A DNA stretch of 32,000 nt from an uncultured archaeon (GTDB lineage: Archaea; Asgardarchaeota; Thorarchaeia; Thorarchaeales; Thorarchaeaceae): contig CAYHAA010000002.1 of NCBI GenBank assembly GCA_964354495.1, positions 180,001-212,000 on the forward strand, given 5' to 3'. The position numbers and the translations under genes were made by a program. How positions within the stretch are numbered: the stretch's first letter is position 1; every line of letters starts with the position of its first letter. Shown in pieces: positions 1 to 9,475 of this stretch. The notes below the pieces were generated by a model. It saw only the letters and a list, made by a program, of their open reading frames with translations. It was not told the DNA's origin and searched no databases.

Positions 1-768
1 GTTGGAGCCGATGGAGTCTCCAGTATGGTCGCACGTGAATCAGGTCTTCTGCGTAGGTGGCCCAAGAGCAAAATAACTGCTTGTCGTGTTGCAGAAGTAC
101 CAGCTAGGCAGGATGAGATCATTGATAGATATACAGAAGACCTGCACTACCATTTCTTCGCCAGCTTTGGCGGACTACCCGGATATGGATGGATTTTTCC
201 GAAACATGAAACGATCAATATAGGTCTAGGAATCGTCGGCGTTCATGCACGAGGACTGCCGAGAGTATTCGAAGCATTTGTTCGGTATCTAAAGAGCGAG
301 AATCTTCTCATGGAAAATGCAGACCTCTCGTCAGTCAGGGGAGCTCTTGTTCCAACAGGGGGACCTGCGAAAGAAACAATCAGCCGCGGCTGCCTCATTG
401 CTGGAGATGCGGCCGGTATGGTAGACCCTCTGACTGGAGGAGGAATTGCGTACGCCATGAGAGCTGGTCGTCATGCATCGAAAGCCATTGCTACTGCTTT
501 CGAGAATGGGCTGGAGCATGAAACTCTCGTGCAGTACGAGCAGTCATGGAAAAACGATTTTGGAAAGTACTTCAAGGATCATTTGCTCGCACAGAAGGTC
601 ATCACGAGTCCCTTTACAGACCTGTTTTTTGAGATAGGTCGACGTGATGAGCTTATTCAAAAGATGGTGTCCGAGTCCATGGATAATTCGTCTGAAAGCA
701 GAATCGATACAAGAGACTTGGCATTGCGAATCCTACTTGTCTGTCTACGCGGAGCTCTAAGGATTTAG
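1..768 (+). CDS. Geranylgeranyl reductase family FAD-dependent oxidoreductase (5'-truncated by window edge)
   Basis: Frame 1 is open from base 1 (VGADGVSSMV...). Motifs GYGWIFPK...NIGLG and GDAAGMVDPLTGGGIAYAM are typical of the GGR/DGGGPL reductase family. Confidence 0.85.
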   Translation, partial: VGADGVSSMVARESGLLRRWPKSKITACRVAEVPARQDEIIDRYTEDLHYHFFASFGGLPGYGWIFPKHETINIGLGIVGVHARGLPRVFEAFVRYLKSENLLMENADLSSVRGALVPTGGPAKETISRGCLIAGDAAGMVDPLTGGGIAYAMRAGRHASKAIATAFENGLEHETLVQYEQSWKNDFGKYFKDHLLAQKVITSPFTDLFFEIGRRDELIQKMVSESMDNSSESRIDTRDLALRILLVCLRGALRI

Positions 769-866
769 GAGGATAGCCATGGTCGAAAACCCATCAGAAG
801 GGATAAATGATGGTACTCGCCTGTAATCGTATTCCGTTCTCAATGTGCGAGAGAGGCGACTAAGCT

Positions 867-2540
867 TTGGAAAGACCATGGTACAAGAATTATGTTGAAG
901 GTACTCCCAGAGAGATTAAGATTCCAGAAGGACCGCTTTGGAAAGGTCTTGATGATGCTGTCAAGAATTATCCTGATAACATCGCGCTCTTTTTCGAAGG
1001 AGTCAAAATCACATATCGCGAACTCGGAGAGCTCGTAAACAAAGCAGCAAATGGCTTCGCGAAGTTGGGAGTGACGAAGGGGGACTCTGTGGCAATCATG
1101 CTCATCAACTGTCCCCAATTTGTAATATCATACTTTGGCGCACTGAAGTGTGGAGCAATAGTCACGCCAGTCAACCCCTTGGCTGTGCCCAAGGAGTTGA
1201 GAATCTACTTGCAGGATACAAAGGCCAAGGTTATTGTCGTTCTCAATTTCTTCTACGGAGTCGTTGAGGCTGTACGTGCAGAGTCGAGCCTTGAGAAGGT
1301 CATAGTCGCTGCTGGTTGGGATATGATGTCCAAGATCAAACAAATTCTGGCACCCAAGACAGTCTACAAGAAAGAGATGAAGCATGTTCCTCCGCTTCGC
1401 GAAGGTGACATTCTCTGGAATGATTTCATCGCTAGTGCAGTCCCAGAACCGCCAGCAGTCAAAATAGATCCAGCTAACGATATCGCAGTCTATCAGTTCA
1501 CGGGTGGAACAACAGGAATCCCGAAGGCTGCCATGCTTACCCACAACAATCTCAAGGCAAATTGCGAGCAGTGCGGTGCATGGATGGAGTGGCTGGCTGA
1601 GCGTGGGAAGGAATCCTTTTTCGCTGCACTGCCACTTCAACATATTTTCGGGCAGACAATCTCCATGAACTTGGCAATAGCTTGGGGAAGTACAATGATC
1701 TTGGTGCCAAATGCCAGAGATATCAAACACCTGCTAGAACTCATACACAAACAGCGACCCACATTCTTCCCGATAGTATCGACTCTGGCGATAGCTATTT
1801 ACAGTCATCCTGAAGCCAAGAAATATGATTTGACTTCACTGAAACTCTCAATCGCCGGTGCGATGGCATTGCCGCCAGAGGTGACTCGAAGATTCGAAGA
1901 AGTCACAGACTCAATGATTATCGAAGGATACGGTCTCAGTGAGGCTAGCCCTGTCACTCATGCCAATCCGCTTGATAAGAAGTCAAGGAGAATTGGCTCA
2001 ATCGGTCTGCCATTTCCAAGTACAGACTGCAAGATTGTCGACTTAGATAATCGATCAAAGGATCTGCCCGCAGGAGAGGTCGGAGAGCTTGCAGTGAAGG
2101 GGCCCCAGATAATGAAGGGGTATCACAACCGTCCTGATGAAACCGCTGATGTCCTCTCTAAAGATGGATGGCTGTACACGGGAGATATTGCCAAACTCGA
2201 CAAGGATGGATGGACATATATCGTTGACCGCAAGAAGGACCTGATCAATGCGAGTGGCTACAAGGTTTGGCCTAACGAAGTCGAAGAGGTGCTCTTCGAA
2301 CACCCGAAGGTTCGCGAGGCTGCTGTCATCGGCATTCCTGACGAAACAAGAGGGGAAACCGTCAAGGCATTTGTCGTACTACGTCCCGGCCAGACTGCCA
2401 CAGTTGATGAAATCAGGGCATTCTGCAAGGAGAAGATGTCCGCATACAAAGTGCCCACTCATGTTGAGTTTGTTGAGTCTCTGCCAAAAACACAGGTAGG
2501 CAAGATTCTACGAAGAGAACTTCGCGGAACCAAGGAGTGA
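867..2540 (+). CDS. fadD: Long-chain-fatty-acid--CoA ligase (ANL adenylate-forming family)
   Basis: TTG start after an in-frame TAA at 861. N-terminus ERPWYKNY. AMP-binding motif FTGGTTGIPKAAMLTH, plus EGYGLSEASP, GELAVKGPQIMKGY, WLYTGD, IVDRKKDLI and terminal LPKTQVGKILRR. Confidence 0.92.
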   Translation: MERPWYKNYVEGTPREIKIPEGPLWKGLDDAVKNYPDNIALFFEGVKITYRELGELVNKAANGFAKLGVTKGDSVAIMLINCPQFVISYFGALKCGAIVTPVNPLAVPKELRIYLQDTKAKVIVVLNFFYGVVEAVRAESSLEKVIVAAGWDMMSKIKQILAPKTVYKKEMKHVPPLREGDILWNDFIASAVPEPPAVKIDPANDIAVYQFTGGTTGIPKAAMLTHNNLKANCEQCGAWMEWLAERGKESFFAALPLQHIFGQTISMNLAIAWGSTMILVPNARDIKHLLELIHKQRPTFFPIVSTLAIAIYSHPEAKKYDLTSLKLSIAGAMALPPEVTRRFEEVTDSMIIEGYGLSEASPVTHANPLDKKSRRIGSIGLPFPSTDCKIVDLDNRSKDLPAGEVGELAVKGPQIMKGYHNRPDETADVLSKDGWLYTGDIAKLDKDGWTYIVDRKKDLINASGYKVWPNEVEEVLFEHPKVREAAVIGIPDETRGETVKAFVVLRPGQTATVDEIRAFCKEKMSAYKVPTHVEFVESLPKTQVGKILRRELRGTKE

Positions 2541-2542
2541 CC

Positions 2543-2594
2543 GAATGGTGAACCGGAAGCCGTCCAAAGCGCTTCCGGTTTCATTCGCTTTTTT
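2543..2594 (+). terminator. Hairpin plus oligo-T terminator between convergent fadD and apt
   Basis: Perfect 10-bp inverted repeat AACCGGAAGC (2551-2560) / GCTTCCGGTT (2571-2580), extended by GAATG/CATTC and followed by TTTTTT (2589-2594). Confidence 0.75.
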
Positions 2595-3154
2595 CATTTA
2601 CTCGATTGAAAAGAATCAGTTTCAAAATTCTCTATGAGGGCTTGAACCTCAGGCCTTCCAAGCAATTTACGCCGGGTCTCAGACATGTTATTGATAACAC
2701 ATGCGATGCCAACGACTGACGCGCCAACGCTTTCTACGAATTTCTTCACTGCTAGTACGGTGGTACCTTGTCGTAACCAGTCATCCACAATGACTACTCG
2801 GTCGCCGGGGTCTATCGATTCCGAAACGATGGTCAGTTTTCTATCTGCATATCGGCTGAAAGGAAACACTTCCACTTGTCGATCATAGTCATCAGGGATG
2901 TAGAATATTGAACGTGCGGGAACAATTCCGCAGCCCATATAGTAGGCGATAGCACTGCCCAGGGCGATACCACGTTGTTCAATGCCAATTACCTTGTTTG
3001 GCTTCACCTCAAGTAGCGGTCTCGCCAGTTCCACAACTGCTTCGTGGAACACATCGGGATGTTCAAGCAGCCTGCTGATATCACAAACTGCCTTTCCAGG
3101 GCTTGGCCAGTCCTTGATTACTTCAACGTAGTCTCTAAAATCCATGTCAGCCAT
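2594..3154 (-). CDS. apt: Adenine phosphoribosyltransferase-like type I PRTase
   Basis: DWPSPG..DIS, IGIEQRGIALG and the PRPP-binding loop VVIVDDWLRQGTT (divergent from DDLLATGGT). ATG at 3154 follows GGAGCG; the track start of 3184 is probably too long. Confidence 0.8.
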   Translation of the reverse strand: MADMDFRDYVEVIKDWPSPGKAVCDISRLLEHPDVFHEAVVELARPLLEVKPNKVIGIEQRGIALGSAIAYYMGCGIVPARSIFYIPDDYDRQVEVFPFSRYADRKLTIVSESIDPGDRVVIVDDWLRQGTTVLAVKKFVESVGASVVGIACVINNMSETRRKLLGRPEVQALIENFETDSFQSSK

Positions 3155-3288
3155 CGCTCCGTTGTGAAAAACTTCTCCAAGCAAGACTTAATCCTTTCGT
3201 TACTGATGAGAATCATTGTTTTTTTCGATACTAGACGCGAAACAGTTAATTTGCAAACTCTATTATCTTAAACCGGGAGTCTGGTCAT

Positions 3289-4638
3289 TTGATAGTACCC
3301 GGAACAACCATCTCGCTCACGCTGATGCCCACGTATATCGAGGTAAGAGACAAAGGCGTCATCAAGAAGAAAATACCGCTGAAAGCTAGGTCCTTTGAAG
3401 ATATTTCACTGGAACTCCAGAAATACCTCAGATATCTGGGCAAACGGCTAGCGCCAGGAGTACTCGATGAAACATTAGTTAGAATCGGTCTTCCCAGAGC
3501 AAGACGAGTTCTACACGAGCCTGAAGCTGAGCCTAGGCCTGAACCTACGTTCGAAGAGCCAATCATTAGAGCTGCTGAAATAACAAGACCCCCAGAAAGA
3601 GCCGAGGAACCTCCAGTAGAAGCTAAGGAATATCCAAGAAAGAAAGAGAGAAAGAAAGGTAAGAAGGAAAAAGTCAGGGCGCCTCTCACGCAAACTGCGG
3701 GTACAAGTGCCAATGAGACGGGGGTTATACTGCCAAAGGACTTTGATGATATTGCTGATGCTCTTGAGGCAGTCGAAGCATTGAGTGACTCGTTTATGAC
3801 CGGGGCCAAGGAACCTCTCAAAAAAGAGAAACAAGTACAGATTAGTATCAATGTTGAGGGACAGGATGAAATCGTCGCCTCTGGGAGTACATACATACGA
3901 GCACCCGAAAATGTGAGTGAACCGGAAAAGGAAACTGCCAAAACAAGCGAACCAGAGTTTGTCGAGATCGTCGCTGAAACCATTGGTGAGGAGATGCCCT
4001 CAAAGGCAACAGAGGAAACATCGCCCCCTGTCGCACCTGTTCATCAGATAAAGCCGATTAGAGAATGTAAAGCACTGCTTCTTGGAGAAACAGGAGTTGG
4101 CAAACGATGCTTGAGTGCAAAAGCTGGAGTCATGCCGCTTGTCATAAACGATGAAACAAATGAGGTCTCTCCATATATCTGTAACAGAGTCTTTGATGGT
4201 GCGAACAATAGAATTAATCTGAATGTTTGGTCATTTGATCTTGCAGTGAAATTCAAACTGCCAAGGAAGGAATTTTATTCCGATGCTCAAGTGATAGTCA
4301 TTGTGTATGCCGCGTCCGACCGATGGTCCTTTGAGAGCATCGATTTCTGGCTTAGAGAAGCGTCTATTTCATGCGAGAACAACCTGCCGATTGTGATTGT
4401 TGGAAACAAGACAGACCTGCGCACAGAAAATGGAGATGATACAGGCGAAGAGCACGTAAGCCATGAAGAAGGATTCCAATTCGCTGAAGAATTAGCAGAG
4501 AGATTTTCCACGAAGAAAGAGCTCCATCCCGTGGCTTTCATTGAAACATCGTGCTTGAGAGGGGACAACATCGAAAGCGTATTCAAGACTGCTGCAGATC
4601 TCTTCGAGAACGGCCTCCAAAAACAGATGATGCAATAA
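3289..4638 (+). CDS. Rab/Ras-like small GTPase domain (degenerate G1/G3) fused to a long charged, low-complexity N-terminal region
   Basis: C-terminal ~190 aa: LLGETGVGKR (G1), WSFD at the G3 position, FYSDAQVIVIVYAASDRWSFESIDFWLRE (Rab-like), VGNKTDL (G4), ETSCLRGDNIESVF (G5). The start could be TTG 3289 or ATG 3325. Confidence 0.8.
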   Translation: MIVPGTTISLTLMPTYIEVRDKGVIKKKIPLKARSFEDISLELQKYLRYLGKRLAPGVLDETLVRIGLPRARRVLHEPEAEPRPEPTFEEPIIRAAEITRPPERAEEPPVEAKEYPRKKERKKGKKEKVRAPLTQTAGTSANETGVILPKDFDDIADALEAVEALSDSFMTGAKEPLKKEKQVQISINVEGQDEIVASGSTYIRAPENVSEPEKETAKTSEPEFVEIVAETIGEEMPSKATEETSPPVAPVHQIKPIRECKALLLGETGVGKRCLSAKAGVMPLVINDETNEVSPYICNRVFDGANNRINLNVWSFDLAVKFKLPRKEFYSDAQVIVIVYAASDRWSFESIDFWLREASISCENNLPIVIVGNKTDLRTENGDDTGEEHVSHEEGFQFAEELAERFSTKKELHPVAFIETSCLRGDNIESVFKTAADLFENGLQKQMMQ

Positions 4639-4736
4639 GGTCAAAGGCACCACTGTCTCAGAGAATTCTTATAGTCGTCAGGCATGACAATCGACAAACT
4701 AGATAGCAGTCAGAGTAATCTAGCACAGAGATGGTG

Positions 4737-5049
4737 ATGGGATTCGATAGAATTCTGTGAGAGCTGTGGCAAAGAAATGGATCCAATTGGGTCAGCCATT
4801 ACTCTAGAAGACAATTTCACCAATGACACTAGGCAAAGTCTTCGTATCTGCACAGAATGCTTCAAGAAGCGTTTCAAGATAGTCACTAAAAAGAGCAGCG
4901 CCTATGGTGGGACCATCTATGAACTTGAAGAACGCTCCAGTCCAAGATTCGGATTGGGAAGTCAATCATTCAGTTGCTTGAAATGCAATTGGGTTTCTTG
5001 GAATGAGGAAGGACTTAGAGCTCATATACGCAGACGGCATCCGCAGTGA
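4737..5049 (+). CDS. Small zinc-binding protein (CxxC...CxxC ribbon plus C2H2 finger); true start uncertain
   Basis: The track ORF 4777-5049 has CTEC and C-x2-C-x12-H-x4-H (CLKC...HIRRRH). The same frame upstream of 4777 encodes FCESCGKE, which supplies the first CxxC. The ATG at 4737 is one base out of frame. Confidence 0.7.
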
Positions 5050-5691
5050 CTAACGGTTCACCGCAAACTGACTATTGTCTCTTATTATCTCATGACCCGA
5101 TATTCTCAGACCGGGAACTCTTCGTGCAGCACTCTCTAGCATTCCCATTCTGTATGTGGCAGTTCTCGGACCTAGGCCGTGAAGCCAGTCTAGTTCAGCC
5201 ATATCGAGTGTCTGATTGGTAGAAAAATACACCTTCAGGTCCTCTGCTATTGCGCGAGACCTCTCTAGCATTGCTGCAGTGAGTCCGATACCAGGCGCAG
5301 CAAAACTGAGCAGTACCCAGATGAGTATCAGTGGATCGGCGCTGAACTCAGCAGAGAAGAAGGCGAATCCAAAGAAGATTGGGCCCACTAGAGATAGTAT
5401 CACAAGGATAAGCGAAATATGTTGACTGGAGTCATCGCTTCCAAGGCCTGCGATGCCAATGACATCCTGATCAGGAGGATAGAGGAAGACGAGAACACTC
5501 CCAGATGTAACTCCCACAATGAGCGCAGACAAAATGACTTGAAACATGTATGGTAAGGTGCGGGTTTGCCAGATGATAGGGAAGCTGAGTAGGGACTGTA
5601 CAATCAAAGTAGCAGCGATTATCGTCGCACCAATAATGAAACCCTGCCAGCTGAAGAATTCATGTTTGTGATCCATTATCTCATCAGACAA
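5050..5691 (-). CDS. Hypothetical membrane protein (about 4 TM segments plus a soluble C-terminal domain)
   Basis: 213-aa ORF with four hydrophobic stretches. Its stop directly abuts the convergent zinc-finger gene. No family recognised. Confidence 0.7.
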   Translation of the reverse strand: MSDEIMDHKHEFFSWQGFIIGATIIAATLIVQSLLSFPIIWQTRTLPYMFQVILSALIVGVTSGSVLVFLYPPDQDVIGIAGLGSDDSSQHISLILVILSLVGPIFFGFAFFSAEFSADPLILIWVLLSFAAPGIGLTAAMLERSRAIAEDLKVYFSTNQTLDMAELDWLHGLGPRTATYRMGMLESAARRVPGLRISGHEIIRDNSQFAVNR

Positions 5692-5982
5692 AATCGAAAA
5701 GACCTCTTACTATTCTATGGCTATGTAAGTCACTAATAGTGATAAAGTTAACTCATCAATCAAGCCTCAATTGCACCGAATAGCTCACTATCATTCCTAT
5801 GCCCATTTTGTCTCATGGAGAAGTCTCCACTGCTCAGAGTCGGTGAAATCTCCACTCAGCGGTTTATGATACGGATTGATGAAAACCAAGTAGTACAATT
5901 CTTGATACTTGGAAGCAGTCATTTATTAGTTTCTGCGCTATTTCCATTATTGTCGCATGATGTTTCGTCTGAGCGTGCTGAA

Positions 5983-6684
5983 ATGAATAGCGATACAATT
6001 GTTGATGTACAGGACGTTTCCCGAGTCTATAGGATGGGGGAAATTGAAGTTCATGCACTGCGAGGTGTATCGCTGCAGATTCAGCGAGGTCAGGCAATTG
6101 GCATCATGGGGCCCAGTGGTAGCGGCAAGACCACCCTTCTGAATCTCATCGGTGCCCTTGACAGACCGACAAGTGGCAGGGTTGTTATAGATGACGTAGA
6201 TATCACAGAGATGTCTGACGACGCTCTTACTACTGTCAGGCGGAACAAGATCAGTTATGTCTTCCAATTCTTCAATCTGCTGCCCGTATTGACCGCGTAC
6301 GAGAACGTAGAGCTACCACTGCTCATCGCCGGAGTCGATGAAGACACACGGAAAGAGCAAGTGGACCATTTGCTATCCTTGGTTAGTCTCACTGAGAGGG
6401 CTGAACACCGTCCAGACGAGTTGTCAGGTGGAGAACAACAGAGAATTGCTATTGCTCGAGCTCTCGCCAAGCCAAAGGGTTCTGCTAGTTCCATCGTGGT
6501 CCTTGCAGACGAGCCAACAGGAGACCTAGACTACAACACGGGTAAAGAAATTCTGGATATTCTTGTATCGCTGACAAAGGGAGAGGGTGGAACACTGATC
6601 ACAGTGACGCATGATCCAGAAGTAGGCGAAAAGATGGACTATGTATACAGAATGCGCGACGGCCAGATTGAGAATCCTAAATGA
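5983..6684 (+). CDS. ABC transporter ATP-binding protein, LolD/MacB/FtsE-like family
   Basis: Walker A GPSGSGKT, Q-loop YVFQFFNL, signature LSGGEQQR, Walker B VVLADEPTG, H-loop VTHD. The likely start is ATG 5983 (MNSDTIVDV), not the track start of 5815. Confidence 0.93.
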   Translation: MNSDTIVDVQDVSRVYRMGEIEVHALRGVSLQIQRGQAIGIMGPSGSGKTTLLNLIGALDRPTSGRVVIDDVDITEMSDDALTTVRRNKISYVFQFFNLLPVLTAYENVELPLLIAGVDEDTRKEQVDHLLSLVSLTERAEHRPDELSGGEQQRIAIARALAKPKGSASSIVVLADEPTGDLDYNTGKEILDILVSLTKGEGGTLITVTHDPEVGEKMDYVYRMRDGQIENPK

Positions 6685-6694
6685 GGTGTGATTC

Positions 6695-9475
6695 ATGACT
6701 TCAGTGCCTGTAGGCTATGAGGCGTTTCATAGTCTCAGAAGAAAGGCTGTCACTATACTCTGTTTTCTGCTCGCATCGACTATGACTATGGGCATCACAG
6801 TGTATGTAGATTCGTATTCCGTCCATGAATGGGACAAGGACACTGATGTAGGCGATGTGGCAATCAAAGTCGAGGGCGAGGATATAGGGCACTACATCGG
6901 TGAGATCAGGGCTTTGTCAGGTGTCACCAAGGCGGAGGTTCTCCCCCGTGCTTATGGAAATCTTGAGAGAGTAGCCAATCTCACATCTGGCACTGAGGAG
7001 TTGTACGTTTATGGGCAGCTATTCGCTCCGAGCCAGCAGTTCCTTGATACATTCCCAAACTACATCGAGCTTGTGCGTGGAAGACTGCCAGAGAATCTCT
7101 CTGAGGTCGCTATTATCGACTCACTAAGCACATACTTCCATGTCTATCCTGGCGAGGAACTGCTCCTTCACACAGATTCCACAGCTGCGAATGTGACAGT
7201 CGTCGGATTCTATCGGCATGAAGACGATGAGGACTTGCCATACTACTGGATGTATGAGAGTATTGCGATAGTCATGGAGGGCATAATACAAGCAGCTCCG
7301 TATTCCTCTGCAGATATTCTGGTCGAAGTAGACCGTGCTCCACTCACGCCTTTCAACCCTGTAGGTTCTCTTGGCTATTTGACCGGGATTGACGAAGCGA
7401 TTAGGAGCCTTGATCCAGGATATGACCCTGTTCATAGTCCCTATTCAGAACTCAGTGTTCAAGACCGTCTGGCCTCTGGCATCACGGCATATATCTACTG
7501 GGTTCAAGCAACGCGAATAGGCGAGATGCTAAGGGCATCAAGTATCATGCTGCTTGTGATTCTTGTCACTTTCCTTGCAATACGACACAACGTCAATGAG
7601 CGACGATTTGAGGAAAGCATCCTCGTATCAAGAGGTGCTGCAAAGGGAGATCTGGAGAAAATAGTCACCCGAGAGATACTTGAACTATCAATCATCTCAT
7701 GTCTTCTCGGAATACCAATGGGACTGCTCTTCAGCAGAGTGGCGATTGGGGCGACTAGCTTCTTCTCTTTCGATTTTGGTCTCTTCATCAGTGAGCCACT
7801 ATTGGTCAGCCTTGAATCATTGATAATCGCAGTTATTGTAGGGTTTGTCCTTCCAATGCTGACCCTGACGGGCTATCGCATGGTCTATTCAACAAAGAAG
7901 AAAGTTGACGAAGAACGCGGAAAAATAGCCAAGCTTGCAAGAGGGCTCAATCTCATTCGCTGGGATGCGTTCGTTACGGCCATCGCTGGTCTCCTATTGC
8001 TCGCCCTCTCGACGGGTGGGCCTTCAGCCGCAAGCAACCCTATCCTATCGATGCTCATGCCACTCATTCCGCTTCCTCTCTTCCTCGGAGTAGCAAGCCT
8101 CTCCATGAAGGCTTTTCGAAGGGGTGCCAATTGGATGTCAAAAGGGATGAGGAGGATAGTTGGTGTAATACCATCATCTATTGGAATTCGACGAGTTGGC
8201 AAGGAAGCTTCGTCAGCAGGAGCAGCTGCAATGGTACTCGTGCTGGCCATATGTCTGAGCTGGAACAGCGCGATTATTGATGCATCGCTGCCTGTCACCG
8301 CTCAGAACCAAGCAAGACTTGCAGTTGGCTCCGATCTCAGTTTCAGATTGGATGAGACGAGCTATGACGTCTGGGATGAGTTTTTGACCAATGTCACAAG
8401 CCACGAACTGATCGTTGCGGGAACATTCGCCTCTACAAAACAACTCTATCTCTCGACAGATTACAGCGGCAGGACTTCTTTCCTGGCAATTGACCCTGAA
8501 AACTATTCGGGCATTGGATATGATTATCTAGGGAACCAACTCGACGAGTCAGAGATTGCAGGTCTAATCAATCAAATCCAGACCACTCGTGACGGAGCTA
8601 TTATCACTTCAGATATTGCAGCTGCCTACGACCTCGCAGTTGGAGATGTTCTTCGTGCTTCCACCATGGAGGACGATGCTTTTCCCGTCTCATTCAGAAT
8701 ACTAGGGATCACTGAGGCGCTCCCGGAGATGCCTGAACAGGACGACTGGTGGTACTATGATATCCCGTACTACTATTACTGGGGGGAGCAAGTAGGCAAG
8801 TGGAGAGTCATTGTAAATCGTGAGTATTTCAGAACTCTATTCAATTTGGTCAATGAAACAAGTAACTATCTATGTGTCAAGACCGTCGACGATGCCAATG
8901 CAACGAAAATCGTCGAGGACATTATTCAAGATGGTGGATTCATTGCAGTCTACAATGAGGAGTGGGACAGCGTCTATGGCCGCGTACACGACTACATAGA
9001 TGACGTGTCCTATAAAATGGAGAGGGCGATTGATACCATGCTCACTGTACTCGCGGTGGGCTCAATCGTAGGTGCATTCTCGATTTATGCTGTCGAGGGG
9101 CTTCGGGACCGGAGAAGAGAGATAGCTCTTCTCAGGTCAATCGGCGCAACAAAGAACACCATCATTATGGCTCAGGCAGCAGAGATGCTCATGCTCGTAA
9201 TGTTCAGTCTCTTCCTTCTACTTGTCTACTCGCCTTTGTTTTTGAGTACCTCAGTGGCCTCAGCAGGAGGCTCTGCGTCCATGTCGTACGAAATATACCC
9301 AATATCTGTCTTCCCCGTGATCCCATGGAACATCGTAATAGCAGTTCTTGGTTTCTTCATCCTGACCGTCACGGTGTTCATTGCAGTCATTGCAGCTCTC
9401 AGCTCCAAAATCAATCTAGCTGAAGCCCTCAACACATCATGGGCTGAGGCAGGACCCTATGGAGGAGAAGTCTAG
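6695..9475 (+). CDS. Double-FtsX-like ABC permease, type A copy 1
   Basis: N-terminal TM, large extracytoplasmic domain, FtsX-like segment (ERRFEESILVSRGAAK), further TMs, a second extracytoplasmic domain and a second FtsX segment (RRREIALLRSIGAT). SD-like GAGGTGTGA upstream. Confidence 0.85.
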   Translation: MTSVPVGYEAFHSLRRKAVTILCFLLASTMTMGITVYVDSYSVHEWDKDTDVGDVAIKVEGEDIGHYIGEIRALSGVTKAEVLPRAYGNLERVANLTSGTEELYVYGQLFAPSQQFLDTFPNYIELVRGRLPENLSEVAIIDSLSTYFHVYPGEELLLHTDSTAANVTVVGFYRHEDDEDLPYYWMYESIAIVMEGIIQAAPYSSADILVEVDRAPLTPFNPVGSLGYLTGIDEAIRSLDPGYDPVHSPYSELSVQDRLASGITAYIYWVQATRIGEMLRASSIMLLVILVTFLAIRHNVNERRFEESILVSRGAAKGDLEKIVTREILELSIISCLLGIPMGLLFSRVAIGATSFFSFDFGLFISEPLLVSLESLIIAVIVGFVLPMLTLTGYRMVYSTKKKVDEERGKIAKLARGLNLIRWDAFVTAIAGLLLLALSTGGPSAASNPILSMLMPLIPLPLFLGVASLSMKAFRRGANWMSKGMRRIVGVIPSSIGIRRVGKEASSAGAAAMVLVLAICLSWNSAIIDASLPVTAQNQARLAVGSDLSFRLDETSYDVWDEFLTNVTSHELIVAGTFASTKQLYLSTDYSGRTSFLAIDPENYSGIGYDYLGNQLDESEIAGLINQIQTTRDGAIITSDIAAAYDLAVGDVLRASTMEDDAFPVSFRILGITEALPEMPEQDDWWYYDIPYYYYWGEQVGKWRVIVNREYFRTLFNLVNETSNYLCVKTVDDANATKIVEDIIQDGGFIAVYNEEWDSVYGRVHDYIDDVSYKMERAIDTMLTVLAVGSIVGAFSIYAVEGLRDRRREIALLRSIGATKNTIIMAQAAEMLMLVMFSLFLLLVYSPLFLSTSVASAGGSASMSYEIYPISVFPVIPWNIVIAVLGFFILTVTVFIAVIAALSSKINLAEALNTSWAEAGPYGGEV

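Noticed and set aside
3285-3983. 232-aa minus-strand ORF
   Set aside because: Antisense shadow of the GTPase gene's low-complexity region; Ser/Leu/Phe-rich with no motif.
5815-5982. 56-aa N-terminal extension of ATPase1 in the ORF track
   Set aside because: The ABC fold starts at MNSDTIVDV (5983); the upstream part looks like promoter/UTR sequence.
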